Source: Selaginella moellendorffii (Eukaryota; Plantae; Lycopodiophyta). From it: DNA of 64,000 bases. This document shows, piece after piece, positions 12,895 to 25,930 of this stretch (its first letter is position 1; every line of letters starts with the position of its first letter). The stretch spans positions 251,475-315,474 of the forward strand of contig NW_003314266.1 in the NCBI RefSeq assembly GCF_000143415.4, in the 5' to 3' direction. The position numbers and the translations under genes are program-made. Under the pieces are notes generated by a model. It had not been told where the DNA came from. It did no database searches and saw only the letters and a program-made list of their open reading frames with translations.

Positions 12895-12930
12895 CCTGCA
12901 GTCCGATAGGTGACTAGTTCGATCCTACTT
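12895..12930 (+). pseudogene. Second tRNA-Cys-like relic (3' half)
   Basis: ctgcagtccgataggtgactagttcgatcc, homologous to 10158-10187 and in the same position within the duplicated unit. Confidence 0.5.
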
Positions 12931-13023
12931 GCCTCCTTATCCCTCGATGAATTCCCATGCGCTCCACGAGGTTGTGGTGGTATAAAATGGGCCTAGATCT
13001 CAGAGTTACTCTAGCTCTTAAAA

Positions 13024-14276
13024 ATGGAACCTCTCACAGCAGTTCCAAAGCTCTACACCATCGAGTCCACTGCTTGTCTTGGCTACTGCATTACTCAGCA
13101 AGGCACCCAGATTGTTCTCAAGTTCAAGGATGCGCTCAATCCCTTCCAGGTATCAATCTGTGTCAATCCAGATCTAGCATCTTGGTTTTGATCTCTTGTG
13201 CAGCTCTGGTACAGGGATGAGTCATGGCAGTTCCTGAGCGAGGATAACAGTGACCTCTCCGCGTTGGTGTTTATAAACCACGGCTCCAAGAAAGCTCTTC
13301 GCTCCCAGTCATCCTCAACTTCCCGGAGCACTGCCAAGGTATATAAATCACGACAAGTTTGTCTCACACTTGAATTTTTCTCTATCCAGCTCTGATCCAG
13401 CTTACTGTTGGAGATTATGATCCGGCAGTCGAGAACAATTCTCTCCTCTGGTCTATTTCCGGAAGCTCGGACGATCAAGTCTTCGTCACAGAGACTGGGA
13501 ATTCGTCCGTGTTTTTGAGCCACACTTCGTCGTCGAGGTCCAGCTTTAAAGACGGAGTGCCAGTGGTGACATCTTCCCAGGGTGAAAACTCTAGGTGGAA
13601 GATCGTTGCTTATGGTAATCCTCTAGACTTCTGGTCAATTCCTTTTGATTTTTCTCGTTGTGCTGCACAGTGCCTTCGCATGTGTACAGGATTCTGTGCC
13701 ACTGGTTTGGCAATTACTTGACTTGGAAGCAGCAAAATGTGGACGTAACTTTCAAGGATGCAATCATGCACAACGACGAGACAAACGTGGTGGCTGTTAG
13801 TCCAAACAACATTTCTCTCAACGGCATGGTTTGTGACTTTGTCTGACACTATCATCTTGGATCTCATTCGTATTATTGTAATAGGCATGGTTCAAGGTTC
13901 CTGCTGGTGACCGAGACAATACCACGTACTTTACCTCGTTTATCCTAATAAACAAGACTGGTCTAGCACTCAGGAGACAAGGTAAGTCCTAAAACTTTTG
14001 AAGGACTTTGCAAGCTAAACAAAAGATACCTTTCATGGCAGGTGCTCTTGACTCAATTTGATCCTCTTGACTACGGTTTTGTGTGGTCTGAGGACCGATT
14101 CCAGGCTTGAAACACGGACTATGTGGCCATCAATCTGGATGGAACGAACTTGCAGTGGTCTCTGCAGAACGACGATCAGGACCAGAACAGTGCGTGATAT
14201 CATCCTCTCGTTCTTCGCCCGGCATCTGCAAACCAAGGATATGTTGAGCAGCAGACCTGGAAATTCAATCCAGTGA
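13024..14276 (+). pseudogene. EUL lectin copy 3, pseudogene
   Basis: Homologous exons; deletion/frameshift in exon 5 (~13955-13980) and in-frame TGA stops in exon 6 (~14108, ~14195). Confidence 0.8.
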
Positions 14277-14599
14277 ACAATGTTTAGCTGGGACTTTTAT
14301 GTTCATAAATGAGATGAGAAGATGCTAGATCTATGCATGAATGTTCATATGAATAATTACACTTCTAAATGTTTAATCAGCTGCAGTATGATCAATGTCA
14401 CCAGTTTTTGTAATCAATTCATATACTTCCCAACAAAACGAATGTGTTTAGGTTGGCAAAAAGGGAAGACGGTTAACTAATAAATATTCTGTATTAGCGT
14501 TCTTAAAAAATATTCTTGTGTAATAAATTAAAATTTGAATTGTCAAGGTATAAATTACTGCATGCTTTCCTCACACTTCATTGCTCTAAATGAAATCTT

Positions 14600-15237
14600 C
14601 AAGGCAACTGTTGGAGACTATGATCCAGTAGTTGAGGACAATCCTCTCCTCTGGTCTGTATCCGCAAGCTCGGACGATCAAGTCTCCATCACAATGACTG
14701 GGAATTCGTCCGTATTCTTGAGCCACACTCCAGCTTTAAAGACAGGGTGCTAGTGGTGACATCCACCCATGGTGGAAACTCCCAGTGGAAGCTTGTCACT
14801 TACGGTAAGCTCATGAATCATATGACTTGCTCTTCTCAGTTATGCTTATATAATCTCTTTGTGTCACTGCCTCTCAGGATCACAGGATCCTGTGTCACTG
14901 GTTTCGAAATCACTTGACTTGGAAGCAGCAAAACGTGGACGTAACTTTCAAGGATGTGGTCAAGCACAACAACAAGACAAATGTGGTGCTTGTCGGTCCA
15001 AACAACATTTCTCTTGATAGCATGGTCTGCAACTTTGATTGTAACACCATGATCTTGGATTGCACACTAATGTTAGTAGCCATAGACATAGTACAAGGTT
15101 CCCAAGGGAGAGACAATACCACACACTTCACCTCATTTGTCCTCCGTGAACAAGATGATTGGTTTGGTACTCAAGTGGTCAACCAAGCCAAAAGATTCAA
15201 GGTACTTTTGAAAAATGTGAAGAACTTTGCAAACTAA
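14600..15237 (+). pseudogene. EUL lectin copy 4, fragment (exons 3-5)
   Basis: ATVGDYDPVVEDNPLLWSV and TWKQQNVDVTFKD homology with frameshifts; cut off where the TE block begins. Confidence 0.75.
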
Positions 15238-15239
15238 CA

Positions 15240-16900
15240 CTTTTCGAAACCCCAAGGACTCATTCTTAAAGAAACTTTTTTTAAATTTCCCTTTGGCATA
15301 TGTCTCTTTTGGTTTGGTTCATTTACTAAACATGGACCCCAACTTTGTTGTGTTCCCTTTTTGCAGATTATCATTGAATATAACTTGATAATTACATTTA
15401 ACATTTCCTTGTAGTTGGTTAGGTTCCAATGCATCACCCCACTTTAAGTTTAGGTCTGCAAGCCTAATATGAATGCATGGAATGCATCTATGTCCGTGAC
15501 AAAGATCCTCTTCATCATAAATGCATTCATATATTCTTGAATGGTTCCCACTTGCTTCAGCCTATTTAACTAGGGTATTGGTTTGTGCCAATTGTCCTTC
15601 TAGAATATCTAATTAAGTCTTGAATGATCGAACCTCTCCACTAGACTTCTGTTTGGAAGATTCCTTACTTAAATCTTCCTTGTGCAAGGATTCCTCATCC
15701 ATAGCTTCTTGTTCGATTGGAGGCTTTAGTTCTGGAGGAGGTTCCATCTCTGCCTTAGTTTTTTTATACCCTGCTTTAGCCATCTCTCAACAATCCATCT
15801 TTATATTTCACTAGAACTAAGGAAAAAGCTTCGATACCAAATTGTAACCTACAAATTTTTCCTTTCCAATTTATTATATTAGTTCGTTTATCCAACCACT
15901 ATAGCCTTGGCCTTAGTTAAGTTCCCTCACCAAAGTTTCTATCTACTATACTAGCTCTTACTTGGTCCTACCTAGTTTTAACTATTTATTGCATGAGCAA
16001 CAAAGCATTACTTATCCGTCCATGGATTCCCACACTCTCTCTCAATTAGACTTAAGGTTTGGCTACAGTCCCTATAGGCATGAGTAGTCAAGCACACCAA
16101 ACCTCCAGGTTCCTAACATCCCTTGGTATAACAAGAGTTGATCATGGGACCCTTTAAATCCCAAGCTTTGGATGAAAAACTTGCTTCAAGAAATCGGGGG
16201 GAAACACTGTGGCCTAACGGCCCAGTATGGGTACCCCTACTCCCTCAATTCCATCCCGCAGGAAAGGCCCAAGCCCCTAAAAAGGGCAAGGATCAATGAG
16301 CCACATGGTACTTAAATGGCGCACCACTTCACATAAGCCAGAAGCACCATAGTCAGTTTCCCTTTTGGGAGTGGGAGCTGCTCTTGAGCACTTTCTTGGG
16401 TGGCCCCTTCGGCACCACTTGAGTCTATGCTCACTCCCACCCAAGGCCCCTAAGCCCCAACTTCAACCTCAAGTTAGTTTGGAAACATTACTGGAGAGTT
16501 CCTTCAAGATTGCTTCTTGGACCTCACTATCTCTACTGTACTTTTGGAACCCTCTATAGCCCCCTTAGGAGACACGTGCTTTGGTCTTTCACCCCATGAC
16601 CTGTATTAGTTTTGAACTCGGTCTCAGACTCAATCTTGGACTTGACCTCAGACTCGATTTCGGACTTAATCTCAGACTCGATCTCAGACTTGACCTTTGA
16701 CTCTATCTTGGACTTGATCTTGGACTCAGTCTTGGACCTGATCTTGGATCTCAGACTCGATCTCAAACTCGGTTTTAGACTTGGTGTCAAACTTGGTCTC
16801 GGATTTGGTTTCGGACTCGATCTCAGACTCGGTCTCAAAATTAGTCTCAAAGTCAGTCTCGGACTAGATCTCAAACTCGATTTCATCCAATGAACTCTTT
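15240..16900 (-). mobile_element. Old LTR-retrotransposon relic (5' LTR, PBS, start of gag) related to the minisatellite-LTR family
   Basis: cttcgatacca (Met-type PBS on the - strand, ~15829-15839) next to the TGTAAC LTR edge at 15843; degenerate GACTCG/GATCTC hexamer array at 16610-16885. Confidence 0.6.
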
Positions 16901-16999
16901 GTCATTTTGGTTGTACTTTTGGCCAATAACACTTCAGGGAGTTAGTTCCTTACAAGAAGACATAGACCCTTTGGTAGGGATTGAGTCAAAACTGAACAA

Positions 17000-18735
17000 G
17001 GTCGAATAAACTAAAGTAGAATCAGTTTCTTAAGCAGTTCCCAAGTACAAACCAAAGCCCCCACCAGTCTTCAAGGGAGTGAAAAACTCTAAGATGGTGG
17101 AGGATTAGTTTTACAATATAAAAGCATTGCAGTTATCAAGCTTGGATGCAAAACTATACTTAGTAAATAATGCTAAGTCTTTGTGGAGAATAACAAAGGC
17201 CAATGAAGGACTAATGGTCACTTGGAATGATGAAGGCAAGGAACAATACAACTTATGTTCTTCCAAATACTACTCTTGAATGGGTTTATAGCCAAAAGGA
17301 TACTTGTTACAGACATGGGTGACATGGATGTGTTCCATGCCTTTAGGTTTATAGGCTTGGGCTTGAGGTGAGGTGATGCGTTGAAATTTAACTAACTATA
17401 AGGAAGCATTAGATGTAGCTATTAAAGTGTATTTCAATGATAACATGCAAAAAGGGAACACAATATAGTTAGGGTTTACATTGAGCAAAGGAGCCAAATT
17501 AAAAGGGGTATATGGCAAAAAGAAATTCAAAATAAGTTTCTCTAAGAATAAGTTCTTAAGATTTTGGGAAGGTAAATCCAGTGGCTAAAGAGCAAGTATG
17601 TGGGGAAGTCAGGTAAAAAGGGATAAACCCATTGATAAGAAAATAAAATTTGCTAACAACATGGGAAAGAATATACATTTTAATTATGGTGAAGCAAGAC
17701 ACTTTTTGAGAGAATGTCTTTACCCGAAAAAGTCCAAAGTCAATATGGCCATCAAGTTGAGTGAAGTCCAAACTGAGGTATATGATTCAGTCCTTAACTC
17801 AAAGTTACTCATTATACAAGCAACTTTGGTAGAGAGTCATTTGTGACATCTACTAGCCTTCCAAGGGAAGCTCAAAGGTAACTTTGTTAAGTTTCTTATT
17901 AATATGGGTGCTTTAGATAAGTTTTATGGCTACAAACATAATCTAGCAAGCCAAACTAATGGTGTAGTGGCTGGGTGAACCAAAGACTATAAAGTTTATT
18001 TAAGGTAGTTAAGCACCAATAAGGTACTTCAACAAGCAAGAGTCGAAATAGAAACATGGAAAGTGGATATGGATTTTACTATGTTAGATATAGTGAGATT
18101 TGATGTGATCTTCGGGATGGATTAGTTCAATTAGTTTGTGGTAGCCTTGCATGGATAAGGTAAAAACCTTATGGCACTAGCGAATGCTTGAGGAGAAAAA
18201 TCCAGGGTTTAAAGGTAGGGCAATGTAAAGCTAAAGACTCCTGCTTGAACCTAGTGTTCATGAGAGGACAATTCACTAAACAAACCAAGGCAGTATTTTT
18301 GTGTGCTTACTCTTAATGAGGAGTGACAAAAAAATAGGAAATGATATACCTTTAATGATACAATAGGTATTAAACTAATTTCGTGATACTATGCCGGAGG
18401 AGTTACCGATAGAGTTATCCTCCACATGACTAATAGAACATAAAATTGAGTTAATCGAGGGTGATAAGGCAGTGGTTTGTCCCTCTTATCAGTTGAATGA
18501 AAAGGAACTTGAGGAGCTCAAGTGCCAACTTAAGAAGTTGGTGGATAAAAGGTATGTTAGGTTAAGCAAGTCATTGTATGGGGCGTCGGTGTTATTTGTG
18601 AAAAAGAAAAATGCCTCTATGCACATGTGAATAGACTATTCGTTGCTCAACAAGTATACAAAGTAGAACAAATACCTTTTACCAAAGATTGAGGATATAT
18701 TTGATATGTTAGGAAAGGCTAAATACTAAAAATGG
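17000..18735 (+). mobile_element. Heavily decayed Ty3/Gypsy gag-protease-RT relic
   Basis: Stop-riddled RT N-terminus at ~18480-18725 (LNEKELEELKCQLKKLVDKRYVRLSKSLYGASVLFVKKK...IDYSLLNK...LPKIEDIFDML). Confidence 0.7.
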
Positions 18736-19587
18736 GATACAAGAAAGACTGACACTTTAATGTTTCTAACATTAAAGTGTTAGAAACAAGTCCGAGATGG
18801 GACCTGAGAAGGAGTCCGAGGTGGAGTCCAAGATAGACTTGAGATGGACCCGAGATGGAGTTTGAGATAGAGTTGAGATGGAGTCTAAGATGGACCTAAG
18901 ATAGAGTCTAAAGTCGAGTCCGAGATCTACTCCAAGATCTAATTCGAGATCAAGACCAAGACTAAGACCGACCAAGATTGAAACCAAGAGTGCGACCAAG
19001 ACTGAGCCTAAGACTGTGTCTAAGTCCGAGTCTGAGTTTGATTTTGAGTTTGATTCCAAGTCTGAGTCTGATTCCAAGTCCGAGTCCGAGTCTGAGTCCG
19101 AGGGTGAAAGCCCAAAACATTCATCTCCCAGATAATAGGGGGTGAGCTCCAAAAGTATAGTAAAGGGAAGACTCCAATAGAGCCAATTTTGTCAAGACCC
19201 CCAACAAGATCAAAATTGGAAAATGCTAAAGACAAAGAGAAAATGCTAGTGAAAACAAAGAAGAGGCCTTAGACTGGTGTTGATTCAGATTGTGGAGAAA
19301 TGGAACAAGGCTAACCTATATATATTATAGGTTGATGAAGCTCCACCACTCTTGGATCGAGGACGGCCTAAATATAGCTGAGGTCGAGGAGGCGCCACAT
19401 CATCATCAGGAATGTGGCTCGAGACTCAGGAATCGGGAAGTGTCTTGAGACTCAGGAATCGGGAAGTGTCTTGAGAGTCAGGAATAGGGAAGTGTCTCGG
19501 GAGTCAGGAATGTGGTCTGCAGGTCAGGAATCCGGCGAGGGTCAGGAATGTGGCAAGAATTGGGGGATTCCTGACAGCACCCCCTCC

Positions 19588-22500
19588 TCAAGAACGAGTG
19601 GAACGAGGATGTGAACGAGAACAAAGAGGAGGATGAGATGAGCGGCGAGGGATGGGGGATGGAGAAAAGAAATGAGGACTGGGACGAGAAGGATAGTGGC
19701 GGTGGAAGTCCTGAACAAGGTCAGGAGAATGAATCAGGTTGTCCGCAGGTTCGCAAGTGCGTTCCTCAGGTTCGTAACCCTTCCAGTCCATCAGATAGTA
19801 GAGTTTAGACCGTGAAATCTTGGAATCAAGGATGTCCTGAACCTTGTACTCAGACCCATCCTTGAGCTGCACTGGTGGAGGCGAAGGAATGACCCGATTT
19901 GGAATAGGACTGAGAATATAAGACTCAAGGAGAGAGGAGTGAAAAACGGGGTGAATTTGATATGAGGAGGGAAGTGCAAGGCGATAAGTGACAGGATTAA
20001 TGATGGCAGTGATAGGGAAAGGACCAAGGCGTTTGAAATCGAGTTTTGGACAGGGCCTGGTGGTGGAGATATTTCGCCTGAAGAGCCAGACTTTATCCCC
20101 GATATTGTAAGGGGGACAATCCTGACGATGGACATTGGCAAATGTTTTATGAGATTCCTGAGCATGATGAAGGTGGAAGGAGATGGAGTTGTTGATTTCC
20201 TGGAGGTTGGAGATAAATGCCTCAGAGTGAGGATTTGAACGAGAGGATTCAGATGGAGAAGGAAGTGAGAGATTGAATCGGGGATTTCGGCCAGAGTTCG
20301 CAAAGAAGGGGGAAACTCGAAGAGAGGAGTGAACAGAGTTGTTATAGGAGAACTCAGCAAGGGGAAGGATATCGAACCAGTTATCCTGATGATAGTTGAT
20401 GAAGCACCTCAAGAATTGTTCCAACGTCTGAATCGTTCGCTCGGACTGCCCATCAGTTTGAGGATGATATGCCAAAGAGAGGTTGGCCTTCACTCCAAGC
20501 AGCTGCAAAAACCGTTGCCAGAAATGAGAGATGAACTGAGGCCCCCGATCCGAAACCACATCTGTAGGAATCCCATGAAGTCGAAAAATTTCCCTGAATA
20601 CCAGTTTTGCCATGTCCTCGCCCGAAAACTCCTTGGTACATGGCAAGAAGTGCGCCATCTTTGTGAAGCGATCCACCACGACTAAAATGCTGTTGAAGCC
20701 TCCAGAACTCGGAAGATCACTCAAGAAATCCATGGAGATGGATTCCCAAGGACCTGAAGGGACCGGAAGGGAACGAAGCAAACCTGAAGGAAGGTGGCGA
20801 GGTACCTTATTCCGGGCACAAGTGTCACAGGAGGTAACAAAAGCTTTGATGTAGTTGTCCATGTGAGGCCATCAAAAGTCCCGTGCAACTAGCTCATAGG
20901 TTTTCGCAATGCCGAAGTGACCAGCAGTCGGGCTATCGTGGCACGCCATCAGGACCAACCTTCGAGCATCACCTTCAGGAACGTAAAGCTGCTCCCCACG
21001 GTACAATAAGCCATCTAAGAACTCGAACTCGTCAAATCGCCGGCAGTCGGGAGTCACTGGGTGTCCAGCCTGAAGATAGGGGAAAATATCGCTAGCGAGA
21101 TCATCGGATTGAAGATCGTTTCTGATTGCATCCATCAAGGAGGAGTCCTGAGGGGCCAGGGAAATTGCCATAACTTGAAGCCGATCAGGACCGAGGATAA
21201 CTTGATCCTGTTGATCGAAGGCAGGATTACCAGGCCTGAGACTGAGATAGGAGCGCCTTGAAAGAGCATCAGGAACGCCTTGAAACTTTCCAGGTCTGTA
21301 CTTGATAACAAAGTCAAACCGACTCAGGAATTGTGCCCACCTTGCTTGACGACGGCTTAAAACTCGGGAAGTGGCAAAGTACTCGAGATTTTTGTGATCC
21401 GTCCAGACTGTTGTTTGATGGCTCGCCCCCTCCAAGAAACAGCGCCACTCTCCAAAGGAATCCACGATGGCAAGGAGCTCCTTGTCGTGGATTTCGTAAT
21501 TGATCTCCGCAGGCTGGAATTTCCGAGAATGGAAAGAGACCGGATGAAGTTCGTGATCTGCTCCGAGTTGAGACAGCACAGCACCAATGGCAAAGTCGGA
21601 GGCGTCAGCCTCGATGAAGAAAGGTTGTGAGGAATCAGCATGGATCAAGACAGGAGCAGAACTGAAGGCCGCCTTGAGTGTGTCGAAGGCCTGCTGGGCA
21701 GTAGCAGACCAAGAGAAGGGAACATCCTTGCGAGTGAGATGTGTGAGAGGAAGGACAATGTCAGAGTAGTGATCAATGAATTTGCGGTAGAAGTTGGCGA
21801 AGCCAAGGAAAACCTGAACGTCCGACATTGATTGTGGAGGCTCCCATTCGAGAATAGTCTTGACTTTAGCAGGATCCATCGTGATACCCTCAGGAGTGAC
21901 AATGTACCCAAGGAACTCCACAGACTGCTGATCAAAGGAACATTTCTCAAGCTTCGCGTATAGGCCGTGTTCTCGCAGCTTCGCTAGCACCTTGCGAACA
22001 TGTTCGTCATGCTCCTCCTGAGTTGTTGAGTAGATGAGGATGTCATCGAGGTAGACGATCACCATCTGATCAAGAAACTCCCGAAAAACGTCGTTCGCCA
22101 TGTGTTGGAAAACCGCTAGAGCATTTGTCAAGCCAAATGGCATGACAGTGTACTCAAAGTGGCCATAGCGGGTTCGGAACGCAGTCTTCCATTCATCACC
22201 AGGCCGGATCCGGATCAGGTTGTATGCTCCACGGAGGTCGATCTTGGTGAAGAAGCGGGCACCGCCGAGGCGTTCCAACAGGTCCGAGATCAGGGGCAGC
22301 GGATAACGGTTCCGAACAGTCACCTTGTTCAAACCTCGGTAGTCGATGACTAGCCGCAAGCTCCCATCCTTCTTCTTGACAAAGAAGACAGGCGCTCCAG
22401 CCGGGGACTGCGAATGTTGAATGTAGCCCGAGGCAAGGTTCTCATCCACGTACTCTTTGAGGGCCTTAAGCTCGGACGGGGATAACCCATAGATAGGCCC

Positions 22501-23360
22501 CCACGGAGGTGACGCTCCTTCCTGTAAATCAATGGGACAATCATAAGGCCGATGAACAGGCAGTACACTAGCTTTTTTCTTGTCAAACACATCCCCAAAA
22601 TCATGATACTTCTCAGGAAGACTGACAGGAGAAACATGCAAAGCAAAAAGAAAAAGAGGTTCTTCATGAAGGAGTTCTTTCATAGTGATTGTGGAGATAG
22701 GAGGAGGGGTACGACTAAATGGAATGATGAGACGAGGATACTGTCCAGTGTAAGATGGAAGAGAGGAAAAAGAAGAGGATGAAAACTTCGTAGAGTCAGG
22801 AACAAAACCCCGACTTGAGTTTAGGGAACTTTTCCTGATTCGGACTCGATGAACACCAGAGGAAGCCGTGGGAGATGGTGATGTGGGAGAGATGAGCTGT
22901 AAGTCCTTCCAACAAATCTGAGGCTGATGTAGTTGGAACCAAGGAAGACCGAGCACCACAGAGGAGGACTTGCTGTTGATGATATTGAAGGTGATATCGG
23001 TGACGGTGGACCCGATGTGTACTCAAACGGGCAACGTTTCCCTAAGTCCAGAAGATGGAGACACAAAATGCCCGCCGATGCCTTCAACCCTCAGATCCCG
23101 TATGGTAGGAGAAAGAGGAACGTGATGTCGGGCAGCAAAGTCCGTGTCCATGAAGCAGGAAGTTGCACCCGAGTCCAGTAGCGCCAGAGCCTTGAGTCCT
23201 GATTGTCCGGTGAAAGAAAGGAGACATGGGACGCGGAAGTTGCGGGAATTGGTGGTGGCTTTGATGAAAGGTGGTGAGAAGCTTGATAAGGAAGAAAAGT
23301 GATTTTTATTTGGGGAGTCCAAACAGACAGCTCCTACTCTGTTTGGACAGGGTCGTTTCC
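19588..23360 (-). pseudogene. Pol (protease, RT, RNase H, integrase, chromodomain) with premature TGA stops at ~23023 and 20872
   Basis: LLDSGAT; YLDDILIYS; ADASDFAIGAVL and TDHKNL; HHCC motif, SDRGPQF and DGQSER; GPF motif; chromodomain EYKVQDILDSK..YYLMDWKGY. Confidence 0.92.
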
Positions 23361-24155
23361 CGACTGCAACAGAGGTGGACTTTGAGGCAGAGTGAACTCG
23401 AGCAATCGGGGAGGCTTCCTGGGACACACAGCTGCTTTGTGATTAGGATCAGCACAGTAGAGGCAAAGATTATGAGATATTCGATGTTGCCTCTCAGCAG
23501 GACTCAACTTCCCTCTAATGAGTCGGGGAGTACCAGAAATATCCATCGGGACCGGAGCAGTAGGTTCAGGACTATGCCCCGAAGACTCAAGCTGGGATTC
23601 CTGAGTCTGGGACGGAAAAACAGCGGCGCGGTGACTTTCCTGACGACGTTCAAAGAGACAATTGTCACATCGAACAGCTTTGTTGATGGCGTCTGACAGG
23701 TCCTTGGGATCCTCCATGGTGAGCAACAAATCCTTTACACCGTTGTTGAGGCCGAAACGAAATTGGTCAATCAGGGCCCGCTCATCCCACTGAGTGTCCA
23801 AGGCAAGGAGTTGGAACTCTGCAGCGTAGATCGAGGCAGGACGAGACCCCTGAGAGAGACGTCTCATCTTTGTGGTAGCAGCCCGAACCCGATCCGTCTC
23901 GCCAAAACATGCTTCGAGCTTCTCTTTGAACAATTGAAGATCCATCAGCTTCGGAACCACGACCCCTTTCATGCTCTTCTCCAAGAGAGGAGAAAACCAT
24001 GACAAAGTTGCACCCTCGAGCAACGTCCCAATCGCGCCGATTTGAGACTCAGGAGTGGGGTACCGCCGATGTTGAAGTGCAAAGATCAGCTCCATTTGGT
24101 TCAAAAATCCACAAAGCTCCGAACGCTTGCCTGAAAATTTCACCGGGAAACTCAC
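23334..24155 (-). CDS. Gag of the chromovirus
   Basis: PVKFSGKR, QGSRPASIYAAEF, FRFGLN and zinc knuckle CLYCADPNHKAAVC. Confidence 0.85.
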   Translation of the reverse strand: MSFPVKFSGKRSELCGFLNQMELIFALQHRRYPTPESQIGAIGTLLEGATLSWFSPLLEKSMKGVVVPKLMDLQLFKEKLEACFGETDRVRAATTKMRRLSQGSRPASIYAAEFQLLALDTQWDERALIDQFRFGLNNGVKDLLLTMEDPKDLSDAINKAVRCDNCLFERRQESHRAAVFPSQTQESQLESSGHSPEPTAPVPMDISGTPRLIRGKLSPAERQHRISHNLCLYCADPNHKAAVCPRKPPRLLEFTLPQSPPLLQSGNDPVQTE

Positions 24156-25930
24156 CTTCGGTTCAGGAACTTTGCTGGATCCTTGAGCCGAAAGTGAAGC
24201 AAGCTCCTACTGCATGCGAAGAAGGGTCACCTTCAGCTCAGTATTCTCAGAGTGGATTTTTGCAAGGACTTCGGCAAAGAAATCAGGATGGCTTGGAGAC
24301 TCCATTGGCAAGAAGAAAGAAAAGAAAGGGGGAAAAAGATAAAGGCAATCAAATAATCAAAACGAGCTAAAAGAAAAGCAAAAAACACAATCTGAATCAA
24401 ACTGTCAAGACCCCCAACAAGATCAAGACTGGAAAATGCTAAAGACAAAGAGAAAACGCTAGTGAAAACAAAGAAGAGGCCTTAGACTGGTGTTGATTCA
24501 GATTGTGGAGAAATGGAACAAGGCTAACCTATATATACTATAGGTTGATGAAGCTCCACCACTCTTGGATCGAGGACGGCCTAAATACAGCTGAGGTCGA
24601 GGAGGCGCCACATCATCATCAGGAATGTGGCTCGAGACTCAGGAATCGGGAAGTGTTTCGAGACTCAGGAATCGGGAAGTGTCTTGAGAGTCAGGAATAG
24701 GGAAGTGTCTCGGGAGTCAGGAATGTGGTCTGCAGGTCAGGAATCCGACGAGGGTCAGGAATGTGGCAAGAATTGGGGGATTCCTGACAAATTTGGCCAA
24801 GAAAGGCTAATGTGACCAAGGAAGGTTATACCTACATAGTAGATGATGATATAACCATTAAGGAGTCCAAAACTAAAATGAACATAAACAAACAAGTGAA
24901 GTAACTTGGTGAAGTATTTAAAAGCTAGCTTTAGCTCCCTTGGGAGATTGAATGGCTAATGCTCCCAATCCAAGTGTGGGTGGAACCACTTACTTGGATA
25001 CTTGGTGTGGTTCATTGGAACCTTACTCTAGCTATATGGCTAGGGCACCTAAGGGCAGAAGGTGGAGAGAGTACCCACAAAGCTTGTGTAAGGCCACAAT
25101 GTTTCAAAATGATATGGAAAACCAGGATTTAAAGAAATTTCCTCATCACTCAATATAATAATTTTATCTCCACTAGCACAAGTGTTAGCAAAGTTAATGC
25201 CTTAACTATACATCCTTTCCATCCAACAATTTACTCCAAGTGCTAATAGATCAATTGACAAGCTTTAGCAAATAAACACTATAACTCTTTTCTAACTCCT
25301 CAATGGGCAAACCCTTAAAGAAACAAGGTACCAACTTAAGTTTAGCATAATAGATCACCATTAAGAATTTAGTCAAAGCTATTACAATGCTATTGTATGT
25401 AAGTAAACTAATTTCACCATCAATCATTTTGGGGTTAATCATTGTAACCAAGCAACTTCGTAAAAACATTGCTTATTATCATATGGATATGATATAAAAT
25501 CACAATGACTTGATCATCAATTGAGCAACACCATGAGCAATACCCATGTCATTACTTCAAAAGTTTATGTGAGTATCAAATGTCAACTCAATTCAATAAA
25601 ATGTAACATAAATACCACACCCCACCGATAGAGATTTATAACACCCAACACCATTAACTTTTGTTTACAATATAGATAAGCTCATGCCACTCTTTATTTG
25701 ACAAAACTCAAAACTAATCCAACACTAAGTTACTCAAGGAGCAATAGCAAGGTTCCTCAGAAAGAATTGAGCATTGTAACCTTAATTTCTAATAGCAAAC
25801 TTAAACAAAATGGTTTAGCGCTTCACTGCTATCTATCCCACAACTCACCATTTGTAAGACCATTATTTTCAACATGCATTAAGGTGGGGACTCTTAATTG
25901 CATGATGTGAACACAAACAATAAGTCACAA

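Larger units (their letters stand above)
19190..24789 (-). mobile_element. Full-length Ty3/Gypsy chromovirus (Tcn1-like)
   Basis: 387-bp TG..CA LTRs at 19190-19576 and 24403-24789 (about 8 differences by eye, all transitions); AATTT TSD; PPT at ~19580-19590; gag-PR-RT-RH-INT-chromodomain order. Confidence 0.95.
18780..25110 (+). mobile_element. Decayed LTR fragment of the minisatellite-LTR family, split by the chromovirus (18780-19189 and 24795-25110)
   Basis: Both parts are colinear with the LTR at ~54760-55395 and resume exactly across the AATTT TSD. Confidence 0.75.
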
